Counted from the first letter of the stretch, positions 46,527 through 59,686 are shown. The stretch: 64,000 bases of DNA from a plasmid (GCF_056712565.1 NZ_JBWXXM010000004.1); one strand, 5' to 3'. Program-made: numbers and translations. The notes: generated from the letters alone by a model not told the origin.

Positions 46527-47663
46527 ATGAAAGCAATGGGGAATGAAGTTTATCAAAGTCAAAAATGCAAGTTGAAATATTCAAAATCTCAAATTGATAG
46601 GGCTGCTCAATTGATAAGGCACGGGTGTAGTGACGAAGAAAGGCAGCAATCTATTGAAATGATACAAAATTTCCGTGAGCTGCATCTTTATCCATTAATG
46701 CTCATGAAAAATCATTTAGCAAGAGCAGCTGCTAAGGTTGACAAGGACAAAAAGATTCTCGTTGCAAGAAGACTTAAGCGACTTTCTACCATAATAGATA
46801 AACTAGAGCGTCCTAGTCTTGATGGAGGCAGAACTAGCAATGCAATTAAATTAACACGGATGCAGGACGTTGGCGGATGTAGGGCCATTGTCAGAAACTT
46901 AGACCAGTTGATACAGCTAAAGGAACGTCTTTTAAAAAGCAAATCTGTTCATAGGATTGTTAAAGAGTATGATTATCTTACTCCCAAAGACAGCGGCTAT
47001 AGTGGAATCCACCTTGCATACAGTTGCTTCGATCAGAAAGAGGATCAATATCCGTGGCGAAAAACAAAGATTGAGATACAGTTAAGAACTCAATTGCAGC
47101 ATGCTTGGGCTACCAGCCTTGAAATAATTGATACCCTTGAAGGTATCAAGCTGAAAACTTCAAGTGAAGGGCATCCAGAATGGAGACGATTTTTCTATCT
47201 AGCCGGATGTCTTGTAGCGCACGACGAAAAAGCCTGCACTCTTGATGAGCTAGTTGTATCTCAGTATGAAGGCGAGCTTAAAGAGCTGGAACGGACTTTA
47301 TCTGTACGGAGGAAACTAAGCACATACACCATCGCCTTAAATTTAACTTCTGACGCGAATTTGATTAAGAAGTTGCCAAAAAATCATAAGGGGCATTACT
47401 TAGTAACAATGAGAAATGCAGAAAACAAGCCCAATACAAAAAACAAAAAAATGTTCCTAGTGTCTGTTCGCGCATTTAAAACAAAAGAAGCAGATGAAGC
47501 CCTTGAGGCCTTAAATAAAGACGATTCTAATCCTAATGTATTGATATCTGTTCTCGTTGCTACAGATAACATTAAGTCACTAAAAAAAGCCTACCCCAAC
47601 TATTTTGGCTCAACAAACCAGTTTACAAAATTCTTAGATAAGCATCTTCGTAACGAAGGATAG
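46527..47663 (+). CDS. Fused RelA/SpoT-homologue toxin-antitoxin (toxSAS, CapRel-type anti-phage defence protein)
   Basis: RSH synthetase motifs are present in order: RRLKRLSTIIDKL, DVGGCRAIV, SGYSGIHLAY and EIQLRTQLQHAWATSLE. A C-terminal region of about 125 aa has no catalytic motifs. The gene is AT-rich and monocistronic. Confidence 0.8.
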   Translation: MKAMGNEVYQSQKCKLKYSKSQIDRAAQLIRHGCSDEERQQSIEMIQNFRELHLYPLMLMKNHLARAAAKVDKDKKILVARRLKRLSTIIDKLERPSLDGGRTSNAIKLTRMQDVGGCRAIVRNLDQLIQLKERLLKSKSVHRIVKEYDYLTPKDSGYSGIHLAYSCFDQKEDQYPWRKTKIEIQLRTQLQHAWATSLEIIDTLEGIKLKTSSEGHPEWRRFFYLAGCLVAHDEKACTLDELVVSQYEGELKELERTLSVRRKLSTYTIALNLTSDANLIKKLPKNHKGHYLVTMRNAENKPNTKNKKMFLVSVRAFKTKEADEALEALNKDDSNPNVLISVLVATDNIKSLKKAYPNYFGSTNQFTKFLDKHLRNEG

Positions 47664-47670
47664 TTGCTTA

Positions 47671-47697
47671 ATTTTGCCCGGTAATTCCGGGCAAAAT
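47671..47697. terminator. Bidirectional terminator between the RSH gene and lxc
   Basis: ATTTTGCCCGG-TAATT-CCGGGCAAAAT. Confidence 0.75.
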
Positions 47698-47699
47698 TG

Positions 47700-47948
47700 T
47701 CAATCTGCATTCAGGAGCAATGCGTTATCTATGATGATCTGCTCCCATTCTTCGAATGCCCGATCGCGGACGCCCTGGGGAACACTGTTAGTTTTGAAAT
47801 CGACCACCGTCCGCCATTTCCCGTCCGGGCGGTACATGCGCAGAGCTTTACTTCCCCCTTCCCTGCGCACCTCAACGTTATGCTTATCAGCAAACTCTTG
47901 TAATGCTCGTAGCGTCCCATGCTTTACTGTGTAGTATCGCTTTTTCAA
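47700..47948 (-). CDS. lxc: C1 co-repressor Lxc (Bof)
   Basis: 82 aa, the size and position of P1 Lxc/Bof. Confidence 0.75.
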   Translation of the reverse strand: MKKRYYTVKHGTLRALQEFADKHNVEVRREGGSKALRMYRPDGKWRTVVDFKTNSVPQGVRDRAFEEWEQIIIDNALLLNAD

Positions 47949-48385
47949 GTTTTCTCTCCAGCCTGTGCCAAGGCTTCAACTTCCAAATCGTAAGACTCAA
48001 ACTCATAGTCCTGGTCGTCAACTTCTTCAGGCACTGGCAGTAAATGCCAGGCTGAGTATATCTGACCATTATCAAAACGCTCCTGGCTGTAGAGCGTCGC
48101 GGCTATGAGTGTTAGCGCCGGGCGGTCATAACGGTAAATTTTGCGAACGTCACGGTCAACGAGACGACCGAAATTACCATAACCGCGCTCCAGTAATAAT
48201 TTTTTAATTTCCGGCCAGTATGGACCATAGCTGCGGTACAGGCGGGGATTTTTCAGTAATCGCCCGCGTAGCCCTGACAGGAAGAAATCAACGTATTCGT
48301 CTTCTGTCTTTCCTAACAACGCTGTACGGAGTACCGCCTCAAGATATGTTTTATTCGGTTTTATTGTATCAGATAGTGTGGCCAT
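47945..48385 (-). CDS. ulx: Ulx (needed for DarB incorporation into capsids)
   Basis: 146 aa, lying between darB and lxc as in P1. Confidence 0.65.
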   Translation of the reverse strand: MATLSDTIKPNKTYLEAVLRTALLGKTEDEYVDFFLSGLRGRLLKNPRLYRSYGPYWPEIKKLLLERGYGNFGRLVDRDVRKIYRYDRPALTLIAATLYSQERFDNGQIYSAWHLLPVPEEVDDQDYEFESYDLEVEALAQAGEKT

Positions 48386-48418
48386 ATTATGCGACGCCCG
48401 GCGAACCGGGCGCTCCTG

Positions 48419-51400
48419 TTATGCGTATTGTTGGATGACGGCCAGAACGTCCGCCACGTTGTGTTTTGTCTCGATAATCCACCAGTTACCCGGGAAATCG
48501 CTGTTCTTCGCCTTCGCTGGCAGCCAGCGAGCGCCGAATTTCGCCTTGATTGCGTCTTTCGCACGGAAAAGAACGCCTTTCATGCCTGAGGCTTCCTGAA
48601 GCCCAAATACCTCGCCAGCGGCGAATTTTGGTGCGTACATCATCTTCAGGTCGGCGGTGGATACGCGATAATTCAGACCAAGAGACTGAGCTATGCTGGT
48701 GGCATCACCCTGTGTTGATGATAACTCTTCTTGTTTCTCGTTTCTGGCGGCAATCTCTTCCTCCGTGATGTTGCCAAGGGCTAGGTTTATCCGATCAGCG
48801 TCGGCCTGTTTCTCTTCATCGGTGCGCCCGGCAAGAACCGTGTTAATTCTCTGCAATATCTCCACATGATTCTTGCGCATGCTGAGCAATTCCGGCGTAA
48901 CCTCGTTAAGATCCACCAGCCCAAGGATGGCAAGGTCGGAAAACATTGATACCAGGTTGTAGGTCATGCGATAGCTGAGTTGACCATAGGCTGATGGCAA
49001 CTTCACAGCATCCATTTGATAGGCATCCATAAATTTAGAGCCGTCGTTTACGACATCCGCTATTGCAGGTGTGATTTTCCCTGTGGTGGCGGCCTCCCTG
49101 ATTGCTGTTACCCACGATTGAGTCAGCGCGGCGACTGCATGATTCAGATTGGCTTCCCGTTCTGCTACGATGCGCGCGCTTGCTGCGTCCATTGCCTGCT
49201 TGATCTCGGCTTTATTGCTGTAAATGCCAATGGTGCCAAACTGTGCTGTGGTGATCTCATAATCTGACCCCCGGAACTCATTGGTACCGAAAATGGCATT
49301 GGTGACTTCAAGTTCAGAATCCCCGTTACGAGTAGCCCCCTGGCTTGTTTTTTCCGGCATTCTGGCGATCGCATCCGCTATTTTCTCCTGAATTGCTTCA
49401 GGGGATAGCGTATCTCCGTATGACGCGATTACATCGCCATAATTGGAGCCAAACAATTCAACCAGGAATGTTTCTGCCGAACGGATCTGGCGGTTATTCC
49501 CTTCCGACATCATACCAAGCACCCATTTTGCAATTGACGACTTCAGCGCGTCGTCACGGCGATCCGGGTAAACCGCATGCTTCAGTGGGTCCGTATAGGT
49601 ACCAACAAAATCAATGCTATAGCCTGACTCTGTAGTCTGAACGCCGTACGAGTCAGTTATTTTGATCATGCCGCGCTGCTGGAAACGGTAGAAATCGTCA
49701 CAGGAAATGATGTCGTTAATCCCGGCGATGGAGACGCCACCACTGATTTTCTGCATAACAGCATCTTCATCGGGAGTTACATCCACCTGTTTATCCAGCG
49801 TCTTCACATCCCAGTTACCCGATTTGGTGCCTTTGAAGGTAAAGATGATCTCCACGTCTGCGCGCTGGCTGTCGAAGTCCAGCGACTTAATGCGAACGAT
49901 ATCACCGGCACAATCGTAGTATTGGCCTACACGCCATGAGCGATCGCCGATAACAAGGAACTCACTCGCATGGTTAACCAGGTCAGGATCAACATCCAGA
50001 ATGCCTTTATTTATTGCATCCTCCACCAGCGGGCGCAGGCGTTTGATATCCGTCGCGGCCTTCTGAGTACGGTTCAATAATTTCTCATAGCGGGAGATGG
50101 CTTGAGAGATATTAGCCTTGCGCTGAATGGCGTTTTTCAACGACGCGCGATACTGTGCTAACAACATACGGTCTGTGTGATGGACGCTCCCCCAGCGGGC
50201 CTTCCAGTCTGCGTTATCAGCTGCTTTGGCCATTACCGCCTGTTTGAATTTGGCGACGTCGGCGGTGGTCTTTTCAAGTTCCGCTTTGCTTCGCTCTAAT
50301 TCAGCGGTAAGTACCTCCACATCCTCGCCAGCTGCGTGCTGCGCCTTGATGTAGTTCTGAAGGTCGATAGTAGCCTGTTCTTTCTGGCGAGCGCGTTGCG
50401 CGGCTTTCGCCTTATCCATTTGAACCTGCATCATTGCCAGACGTTCGCCATCATCCTTAGCGGTATACATCTGCATTTCGATCATATCGTTGGCGTCGGC
50501 GTTCTCCATTTCTGACTTATCTGAACGGAGGATATCGGAGATCCAGCCTGCTTTACGCTTCAGCGTCTTCAGTCGGTATTCATCGAAAGAACCCTTGCCG
50601 CAGTAGTAGTGAACGCGAACGCTTGCACGGTTGGAGCCAACTCGGGCACCGCGACCGTTACGCTGTGCGATACTGGCTGGTGTCCATGGCAACGTCAGAT
50701 GATGGATGTCAGTCGTTCCTCGATGCAGGTTGATACCCACCTCTGCCTTTTTGTTGCAGATGATGATCGGAGTCCGGCCCTCCTGGAAGTCGGCAGCAAT
50801 CTTTTCCAGCCCACCCAGCGACATTTCATTTTGCTGCGCGATATAGGCGTCATACAGAGCCATTTGCTCGTTGTATTTCGCTATCTGTGCATCTGTTGGT
50901 TCATCCGGTAGCTCTTTCGGCGGTTTAACCGCTTTCAGTTTCTTACCGGTTTTACCTGCCTCGGCAACCGTCTGAGCATTCAGGATCCCCACCTTTGAAG
51001 GTTCAAGGTTAAGAGCATTGCAGATAATGCGCTTGAGCTTCTGGTGTTGCGTTTTTTCATCGGTGAAGATGATTTGCTTACCTTCCGGGAAAAACTCCTT
51101 CAGCGTGGCAATCAGCTTCGCGTATTTGGGCGTAACGGGGTGAGTTACGGTCTGTTCGTCAATGCCAAACTTGGCCAGGCGCTTATTCACTTCCTGCTCG
51201 AACGCTTCCGGAACCTGCAACTGAATAAACTCGCCCTTATCTATCAGGGAGTATTGCGATTGCTGCGTGATTGAATCATCACTGTCGTCGTCTTCGCTGG
51301 TGGCTTGTTTAGGCAAACTGTCCGCCAGCTGCTGCACCGCATCGGCGTACTCCGGCAGGAAACGATAGGTGATCCGGCGATAGTACAGGTCCATGTCAGT

Positions 51401-54400
51401 ACATACGCGGTCCATATCCCTGATTATTGAGAAGATCGGACGGGCTTTCTCGTGCTCAATCACGCCGTCTTCATTGACCGAGGTCGTTACGCCATTGTTG
51501 GCTTTGGCCGCCGCTTCCGCCTGCTGACGCAATTCTTCATACGCCGCCAGTTGTTCTTCAGTAAGTGGTGCATCCTGCTGGTGTTCGTCCAGCTCCGGGA
51601 TCTCCACGGTATCCTTAACGTCTTCCGCCGTTTTAAGCGTTACCCAGCGATGGAATATACCGCGCAGCGCATCAAGGTTTTCAAAGCCCACCAGCGCCAT
51701 TTTTTCTTCAACTTCACCGCTAATTTTCTGTACCGTTTCCAGCCTGGTCTTGCCGAAGAATTTAACGAAGTCATCAGGACCGTAGATCCCCATGTTCTGC
51801 CAGTATTCCTTCGGCAGAACATGAGAAAGCATGTTGTATGCATCGATCGGGGTGTTAACGACTGGCGTTGCAGTCAGGAGAACCGGCCCGCGCCCGCCAT
51901 TCTTTTTCATCAGGTACGCGTTTTTAATTGCCATATCTCGCGCCGATTGCGCCACCGCGCTGGTGGGCAGATAGGCCAGTTGTGACGCTTCGCGACCATT
52001 TTTATAGCTATTGCGGTAGTTGTGACCTTCGTCGGCGATCACACTATCGAAGCCCATATCCTCAAAGTACGGATACTTCTCTGCTTTTTCGGTGCCGGTA
52101 TCTGAATACTCCGACAATACCCGGCGACGCGCGGCCTCTTTGCGGTGGGAGTCGGAGTCCATTGCGCTGGCTACGCGCCCGGCTGCAACGAAGTCATAAA
52201 GCATATCCTGTGCATGCTCATCTACGGTGTCATCACGTAGCGGAATGCGGGCGTATTGTTCTTTGGTAAACACGACTGCACGGTAATTTGAGTGCGGGAT
52301 CGCGTTCATCCGCGCCGTGATAGTGGCTTCATCTGCCAGTTTTAGGGCATCGCGCATAACTGGAGTGCCATCAGTACCAAGAACAGGTTTACCGTTCTCA
52401 TCGAGCACCGGCACCTGGCGAATCTGATCGCCATCCATCAGCACATCAAGACCGACGAACAGGTAGTTACTGAATGCCTCTTCACTCAGGAATTCTTTTG
52501 CTTCGTAATACCAGTTTTCCAGCACTGATTTAGGCACTACATACGCAGTACGGGTGGAGCGACCGTTCTCATAGTTGAACGCCTCAAGCGCCAGCGCGGT
52601 CGTAGTTTTACCCAGCCCGGTGCCGAAGCCCAGGATGCCGCGCCCATCTTCGGACAGTCGGCGCACTTCGCTATTCTGGTAATCAAATGGCTGGCGCTTA
52701 CCGCTTAATCCCTTCAACCCAAGCGGATCGCCAGAGTGTTCATACGGGATATTGCTATTGAACACATCGTTGTATTTGGCAACCAGTTCATCGTAGCGAT
52801 CGTGCGTCTTGATCCACTTATTGAACTGGTCCTCAAGCAGTGCCATCTGCTCGCGGTAGCCGTTCGCCGTCGCGCTATCTTTGCCACCGATACGCGCACC
52901 ATTGAGATACTTTTCCAGCTGTGCCGGGAACCCGGTCGCGTTTTCACCTGATTTACGGTCCCACTCGTAGCGGATCTCGCCTGTTTCTTTATCCTTGCGC
53001 TGGACGACACCGTATCGGTGCCCGACGAACAGACCATCACCACCGTGATAGGTGTCAGAAACCATTTCGTCGCCTTCCAGCTGCACTGACTGCACATAGC
53101 GAAGATCCGGATAGCCGTTTTCCTGCAAAAATTCCAGAATGACGGAACGGTCGAACCAACGGCTATTGAGCTTAAAGCGGATATTCTCTGCTGGCGTCTT
53201 GATGCGCTTCTCTTCGATCGCTGCCAGCTGATTAAGGACGTTGTTCTTTACTGGACCGTCGGGGAGTGTGGCAAGGAATTCCTGTTTTGGTGCCACTATC
53301 TCGTTAATGTCGCCGCTGGTGGCGCGGGCGAACGGAACAATCCCGCCATACGGTGAAACCGCAATGCCAGGGGTGCTGGCCAATAAATTAAGCAACTCGT
53401 CATCACTGGCTGGCAGTTCGCCGGTAAACGCAAGGCGGAAATCATCGAGCTGGATTGGATCGCGAGTGAGATCACTGTAGAGATAACGCAGGGTGTCCTG
53501 ATAGCTGGTGGAGTCATAACTGGCGCTGGAATCATGCGTAACCAGTTTTCCTGTCAGCTCGTCAGAAATAGTGCCATCCAGCTTAATTGCACCACGGAAA
53601 GCAAACCAGGCGCGCGCACCGCTCCCCGATAATTTCGCTATCGGACCGCGACCGGGGTTACCAAAACGGTCAATCTCTGCCTGCAAACGGGATACCAGAG
53701 AAAGGCGCTGCTGTTCGATTTGTTCAGCACTATGCCCGGCGGCCTTCATGTCCTGATATTCAATTAACATCCGGCCAATCATCGCCCCGCGATACAAGCG
53801 TTCACGGTATTTTTCAGGCTGGCTGTTAATCCAGTCCACCAGCTGCACCATATCGTCGCTGATTGATGTGGTGTACTTATCGCGGACATTTGCCATCTGG
53901 GTAAATGTCATGCCGAGACGGCCTTCTGTTGTAGTCAGGTTACGCTGAAGAGCCTCCCAGCTATCCGCGCCATAACTGGCAGCATCGATCTTAAGTTCCT
54001 TCCCTGCATCAGCTTCAATCCAGCGACCACCAGCATATTTTTGCCATACGCCATTAATCAGGCGCATTTCCCCTTCACCAACAACGTCTGCGGTCGGTGA
54101 CGGTTCAGCCATATCGAGCAAAGACCAGTCGATACGGCTTTCGAAACGATGAATCAGCTTCGCTTTAAGAGCCTGGTTATCAATCTGACCGTCGGCACGA
54201 ACCTCAATACGCCCCTGGAAGCCCTTTTCCTGGGTGCCATGAACAAACCGGCGGCCATCCTTTTCAAACCACTTGCCAGAAATAAACGTTGACCAAAGCA
54301 CATTTGCCGATTCGAGAGTGCTTTCATCCACCAGGGGGATTTTCTCAGCCATCTCTGCCGGATGTTTGCGCATCAGCACCACATCTACGACCGTACTGGT

Positions 54401-55186
54401 CCCGTTAGCGTCAAAAGTACCGGTAGGCAAGCGGTGAGCGCCAAGAAATTCAGCTTTACGGGATAGGCGCAGGCGTAACCGCTTCATGTTTGAACCTGAA
54501 ACAATGGACGGCGGCACAATCACGCACATGAATCCGCCTGGCTTTATCTTGTCCAGCATGCGGAGCATGAAGTAAGAACCCATGTCCGTTTCTTCTGCGT
54601 AAGGCTTATCGATGTTGCGTGTGTTATCACGACCACCGAACGGAACGTTACCCACAACATGGTCGAATGAATCGTTAGGCGTGCTTACAGCCAGCTGTTC
54701 GAACGGGGAAATCTGTACGCTGTCTTCCGGGTGTAACAGCTGGTTTATACGACCGGAAACACTGCTGATCTCAGTCGCAGTCATCACCGTACCAACCGGT
54801 TTTGTCTCATTAAAAACGCCGGTGCCCGCCGATGGTTCCAGAGTGTTACCTACGTCCGCGCCGTAGAGCTTCATGATCTCCCAGACACCTTCAGCGATCG
54901 GCTTTGGTGTGTAATATTCGGAGACGGACCCGCCAATGCCGCCTTCACCGGTGTACCCAGCCAGGATCTGGCGCTGTTCATCTGTCAGTGTCGCGCCGTC
55001 CACCAGCGAATTAAGCAAATCTATCGCCTTCTGATTCGCCTCCCGGCGCAGTCGGTCATAGCTTTTGCCTTCCACCTTTTCCACGCCGTATTTAATCGGC
55101 GCTCGGTGAGATGTTATTGCCCTAATGTATTTCAATATTTCGCTGACACTTGAACAGCGAAACACCCCCATAGATAGCTTGTTCAT
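48419..55186 (-). CDS. darB: DarB antirestriction protein (N6-adenine MTase domain plus SNF2/DExH helicase domain)
   Basis: 2255 aa. Contains the MTase motif VVGNVPFGG, the helicase motifs GFGTGLGKTT and ADEGHNYRN, and a C-terminal helicase block with QRNGRGAR. Confidence 0.92.
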   Translation of the reverse strand: MNKLSMGVFRCSSVSEILKYIRAITSHRAPIKYGVEKVEGKSYDRLRREANQKAIDLLNSLVDGATLTDEQRQILAGYTGEGGIGGSVSEYYTPKPIAEGVWEIMKLYGADVGNTLEPSAGTGVFNETKPVGTVMTATEISSVSGRINQLLHPEDSVQISPFEQLAVSTPNDSFDHVVGNVPFGGRDNTRNIDKPYAEETDMGSYFMLRMLDKIKPGGFMCVIVPPSIVSGSNMKRLRLRLSRKAEFLGAHRLPTGTFDANGTSTVVDVVLMRKHPAEMAEKIPLVDESTLESANVLWSTFISGKWFEKDGRRFVHGTQEKGFQGRIEVRADGQIDNQALKAKLIHRFESRIDWSLLDMAEPSPTADVVGEGEMRLINGVWQKYAGGRWIEADAGKELKIDAASYGADSWEALQRNLTTTEGRLGMTFTQMANVRDKYTTSISDDMVQLVDWINSQPEKYRERLYRGAMIGRMLIEYQDMKAAGHSAEQIEQQRLSLVSRLQAEIDRFGNPGRGPIAKLSGSGARAWFAFRGAIKLDGTISDELTGKLVTHDSSASYDSTSYQDTLRYLYSDLTRDPIQLDDFRLAFTGELPASDDELLNLLASTPGIAVSPYGGIVPFARATSGDINEIVAPKQEFLATLPDGPVKNNVLNQLAAIEEKRIKTPAENIRFKLNSRWFDRSVILEFLQENGYPDLRYVQSVQLEGDEMVSDTYHGGDGLFVGHRYGVVQRKDKETGEIRYEWDRKSGENATGFPAQLEKYLNGARIGGKDSATANGYREQMALLEDQFNKWIKTHDRYDELVAKYNDVFNSNIPYEHSGDPLGLKGLSGKRQPFDYQNSEVRRLSEDGRGILGFGTGLGKTTTALALEAFNYENGRSTRTAYVVPKSVLENWYYEAKEFLSEEAFSNYLFVGLDVLMDGDQIRQVPVLDENGKPVLGTDGTPVMRDALKLADEATITARMNAIPHSNYRAVVFTKEQYARIPLRDDTVDEHAQDMLYDFVAAGRVASAMDSDSHRKEAARRRVLSEYSDTGTEKAEKYPYFEDMGFDSVIADEGHNYRNSYKNGREASQLAYLPTSAVAQSARDMAIKNAYLMKKNGGRGPVLLTATPVVNTPIDAYNMLSHVLPKEYWQNMGIYGPDDFVKFFGKTRLETVQKISGEVEEKMALVGFENLDALRGIFHRWVTLKTAEDVKDTVEIPELDEHQQDAPLTEEQLAAYEELRQQAEAAAKANNGVTTSVNEDGVIEHEKARPIFSIIRDMDRVCTDMDLYYRRITYRFLPEYADAVQQLADSLPKQATSEDDDSDDSITQQSQYSLIDKGEFIQLQVPEAFEQEVNKRLAKFGIDEQTVTHPVTPKYAKLIATLKEFFPEGKQIIFTDEKTQHQKLKRIICNALNLEPSKVGILNAQTVAEAGKTGKKLKAVKPPKELPDEPTDAQIAKYNEQMALYDAYIAQQNEMSLGGLEKIAADFQEGRTPIIICNKKAEVGINLHRGTTDIHHLTLPWTPASIAQRNGRGARVGSNRASVRVHYYCGKGSFDEYRLKTLKRKAGWISDILRSDKSEMENADANDMIEMQMYTAKDDGERLAMMQVQMDKAKAAQRARQKEQATIDLQNYIKAQHAAGEDVEVLTAELERSKAELEKTTADVAKFKQAVMAKAADNADWKARWGSVHHTDRMLLAQYRASLKNAIQRKANISQAISRYEKLLNRTQKAATDIKRLRPLVEDAINKGILDVDPDLVNHASEFLVIGDRSWRVGQYYDCAGDIVRIKSLDFDSQRADVEIIFTFKGTKSGNWDVKTLDKQVDVTPDEDAVMQKISGGVSIAGINDIISCDDFYRFQQRGMIKITDSYGVQTTESGYSIDFVGTYTDPLKHAVYPDRRDDALKSSIAKWVLGMMSEGNNRQIRSAETFLVELFGSNYGDVIASYGDTLSPEAIQEKIADAIARMPEKTSQGATRNGDSELEVTNAIFGTNEFRGSDYEITTAQFGTIGIYSNKAEIKQAMDAASARIVAEREANLNHAVAALTQSWVTAIREAATTGKITPAIADVVNDGSKFMDAYQMDAVKLPSAYGQLSYRMTYNLVSMFSDLAILGLVDLNEVTPELLSMRKNHVEILQRINTVLAGRTDEEKQADADRINLALGNITEEEIAARNEKQEELSSTQGDATSIAQSLGLNYRVSTADLKMMYAPKFAAGEVFGLQEASGMKGVLFRAKDAIKAKFGARWLPAKAKNSDFPGNWWIIETKHNVADVLAVIQQYA

Positions 55187-55197
55187 TGGTAATCCTT

Positions 55198-55207
55198 AAC
55201 AAGTGAC
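55198..55207 (+). promoter_or_regulatory. Late-promoter-like box AACAAGTGAC, followed by TTAAAT
   Basis: Lies about 55 nt upstream of the prt start, in the darB-prt divergent region. Confidence 0.45.
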
Positions 55208-55252
55208 TAGTGTTAAATTCCGTTCAAACACGATGTGAATTATTCTAATTAA

Positions 55253-57983
<2,731 letters not shown>

Positions 57984-58027
57984 CCATCAAAAATAACCCC
58001 GGCGGCTGCCGGGGTTCTCGTTAACTA

Positions 58028-58282
58028 TTATCGCCTTCGTCTGCGTGCCATATATTTTCGCACCGCGCGACGTGGGCAATCTGAAGCGGTTTCTTTCTGC
58101 TGCATCAATCTTGCAGCCATGCTCAAAAATGTCAGGCACAGCCGAAGCCCGGCATATAATAGCGGTTCCAGTGGCCACGTCTCATTGATCACATATACCG
58201 CCATGAAAATCGAGTCGAAAACTATCGCCGCCAGCGATAACTTCATTGTCGAAAGTCGGCGGAGCTGCCGGAGTTTATTCAT
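58028..58282 (-). CDS. Small membrane protein downstream of lyz (possible lysis accessory)
   Basis: 84 aa with two hydrophobic segments and an Arg-rich tail. It overlaps the lyz stop. Confidence 0.5.
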   Translation of the reverse strand: MNKLRQLRRLSTMKLSLAAIVFDSIFMAVYVINETWPLEPLLYAGLRLCLTFLSMAARLMQQKETASDCPRRAVRKYMARRRRR

Positions 58283-58832
58283 TGACCAGTCCCGTCAGGC
58301 AAAGCTGACGTTCTTTTTCACGGCGAATCTTTAAGCCTCGCAGTGGCACGCCGTTACTGTTCACGAAATCAGGGAGATGGTTACACATATTCACCCATTC
58401 CCCTTTCTGCGCCCACTTGTGGATGGACGTTTCTACTCGCATGCCTCGCGCTTTGCTGTAGTAGGTCCGTAAACTATTGCATCCCATATTGAATGCCGCG
58501 CTTGTCATTGCACTGAAGGCATTATCGGGCATGTCTTTGCCCCGGAAGTGCTGATTAATACAGCGTTCAGCGATCAGGATATTCTTTTCCCAATCAGCGG
58601 CGATTTGCTGGTCGGTTTTTCGCACGCCTGGCGTTACCCCGTGTGTATTACCAATCCCGTCAGTCCATACACCCGCCGGGCACATGTATGGGTCACGTCG
58701 GCAACCTTCAGCGTTTCCGATAAGCTCAAGCCCCGCCTGGTTGGTTCGCACATTGCCATTACCCATCACGATGGTAATCATCACCGCGATAGCGCAAATT
58801 GCACCGCCTCCTGCGGCTGTTTTTCCCTTCAT
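58275..58832 (-). CDS. lyz: SAR endolysin (T4-lysozyme family)
   Basis: From the Met at 58832 the protein is 185 aa. It has an N-terminal signal-anchor-release segment (GGGAICAIAVMITIVMG) and an E..D..T catalytic region (ELIGNAEGCRRDPY..DGIGNTHG). Confidence 0.88.
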   Translation of the reverse strand: MKGKTAAGGGAICAIAVMITIVMGNGNVRTNQAGLELIGNAEGCRRDPYMCPAGVWTDGIGNTHGVTPGVRKTDQQIAADWEKNILIAERCINQHFRGKDMPDNAFSAMTSAAFNMGCNSLRTYYSKARGMRVETSIHKWAQKGEWVNMCNHLPDFVNSNGVPLRGLKIRREKERQLCLTGLVNE

Positions 58833-58930
58833 AAAGACCTCATAAGCGAATTTTTTACGCTCCAGGACAACACCCATTCACAGCCAATACCGACTGACTC
58901 GATCCCTTTAGAAGGCACAGGATAATGCAA

Positions 58931-58940
58931 ATCACTTGTT
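58931..58940 (-). promoter_or_regulatory. Late-promoter-like box (AACAAGTGAT)
   Basis: Minus strand reads GCTAACAAGTGATTTGCATTATC, upstream of lyz. Confidence 0.45.
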
Positions 58941-58964
58941 AGCTACGTTTCAAAGATATACATT

Positions 58965-58981
58965 ATTGCTCTAATTAATTT
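58965..58981 (+). promoter_or_regulatory. C1 operator upstream of ssb
   Basis: ATTGCTCTAATTAATTT. Confidence 0.7.
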
Positions 58982-59000
58982 ATTTTATTAGGTAAGATAA

Positions 59001-59489
59001 GTGGCACAACGCGGTGTAAACAAAGTCATCCTGATTGGTACCCTGGGGCAAGACCCGGAGATCAGGTATATACCAAATGGCGGAGCGGTCGGAAGACTCA
59101 GCATCGCAACGAATGAATCATGGCGCGACAAGCAAACGGGCCAACAGAAAGAGCAAACAGAATGGCATAAAGTCGTTTTGTTCGGAAAACTTGCTGAAAT
59201 TGCGAGTGAGTATTTACGAAAAGGTTCTCAGGTCTACATCGAAGGGAAACTTAAAACCCGTAAGTGGACAGATGACGCCGGTGTAGAACGTTACACGACG
59301 GAAATTATCGTCAGCCAGGGCGGCACCATGCAAATGATCGGCGCTCGCCGTGACGATTCACAGTCCTCAAATGGCTGGGGGCAATCAAACCAACCTCAAA
59401 ACCACCAGCAATACAGTGGTGGCGGTAAACCTCAGAGCAACGCCAATAACGAACCTCCAATGGACTTTGACGACGATATTCCGTTTTGA
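59001..59489 (+). CDS. ssb: Single-stranded DNA-binding protein
   Basis: [17 protein letters not shown].., a Gly/Gln-rich linker and a DDDIPF tail. Confidence 0.95.
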   Translation: MAQRGVNKVILIGTLGQDPEIRYIPNGGAVGRLSIATNESWRDKQTGQQKEQTEWHKVVLFGKLAEIASEYLRKGSQVYIEGKLKTRKWTDDAGVERYTTEIIVSQGGTMQMIGARRDDSQSSNGWGQSNQPQNHQQYSGGGKPQSNANNEPPMDFDDDIPF

Positions 59490-59686
59490 ATGTGTAAAAA
59501 ACGACTGAAAGAAAAGCGGTGGTCCAGACGCCAACAAAAGCACGAACTCGCTAAAAAACGCCAAAGTTGGCAATGGCACGCGTTTTTAACGAACAGAACA
59601 CCACGAGATATTGCTTTCGCTGGTGGGAAAACATTCCTAACCCACCTGAAGACGCAATACATCAGTTTTTAAGCAGAGAAAAGACT

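Noticed and set aside
48550-54866. About 20 plus-strand ORFs of 60-180 aa lying inside the darB locus
   Set aside because: All of them are antisense to a single uninterrupted 2255-aa ORF with clear methyltransferase and helicase motifs. They have Arg/Ser/Pro/Cys-rich compositions typical of antisense frames, and none has a ribosome-binding site.
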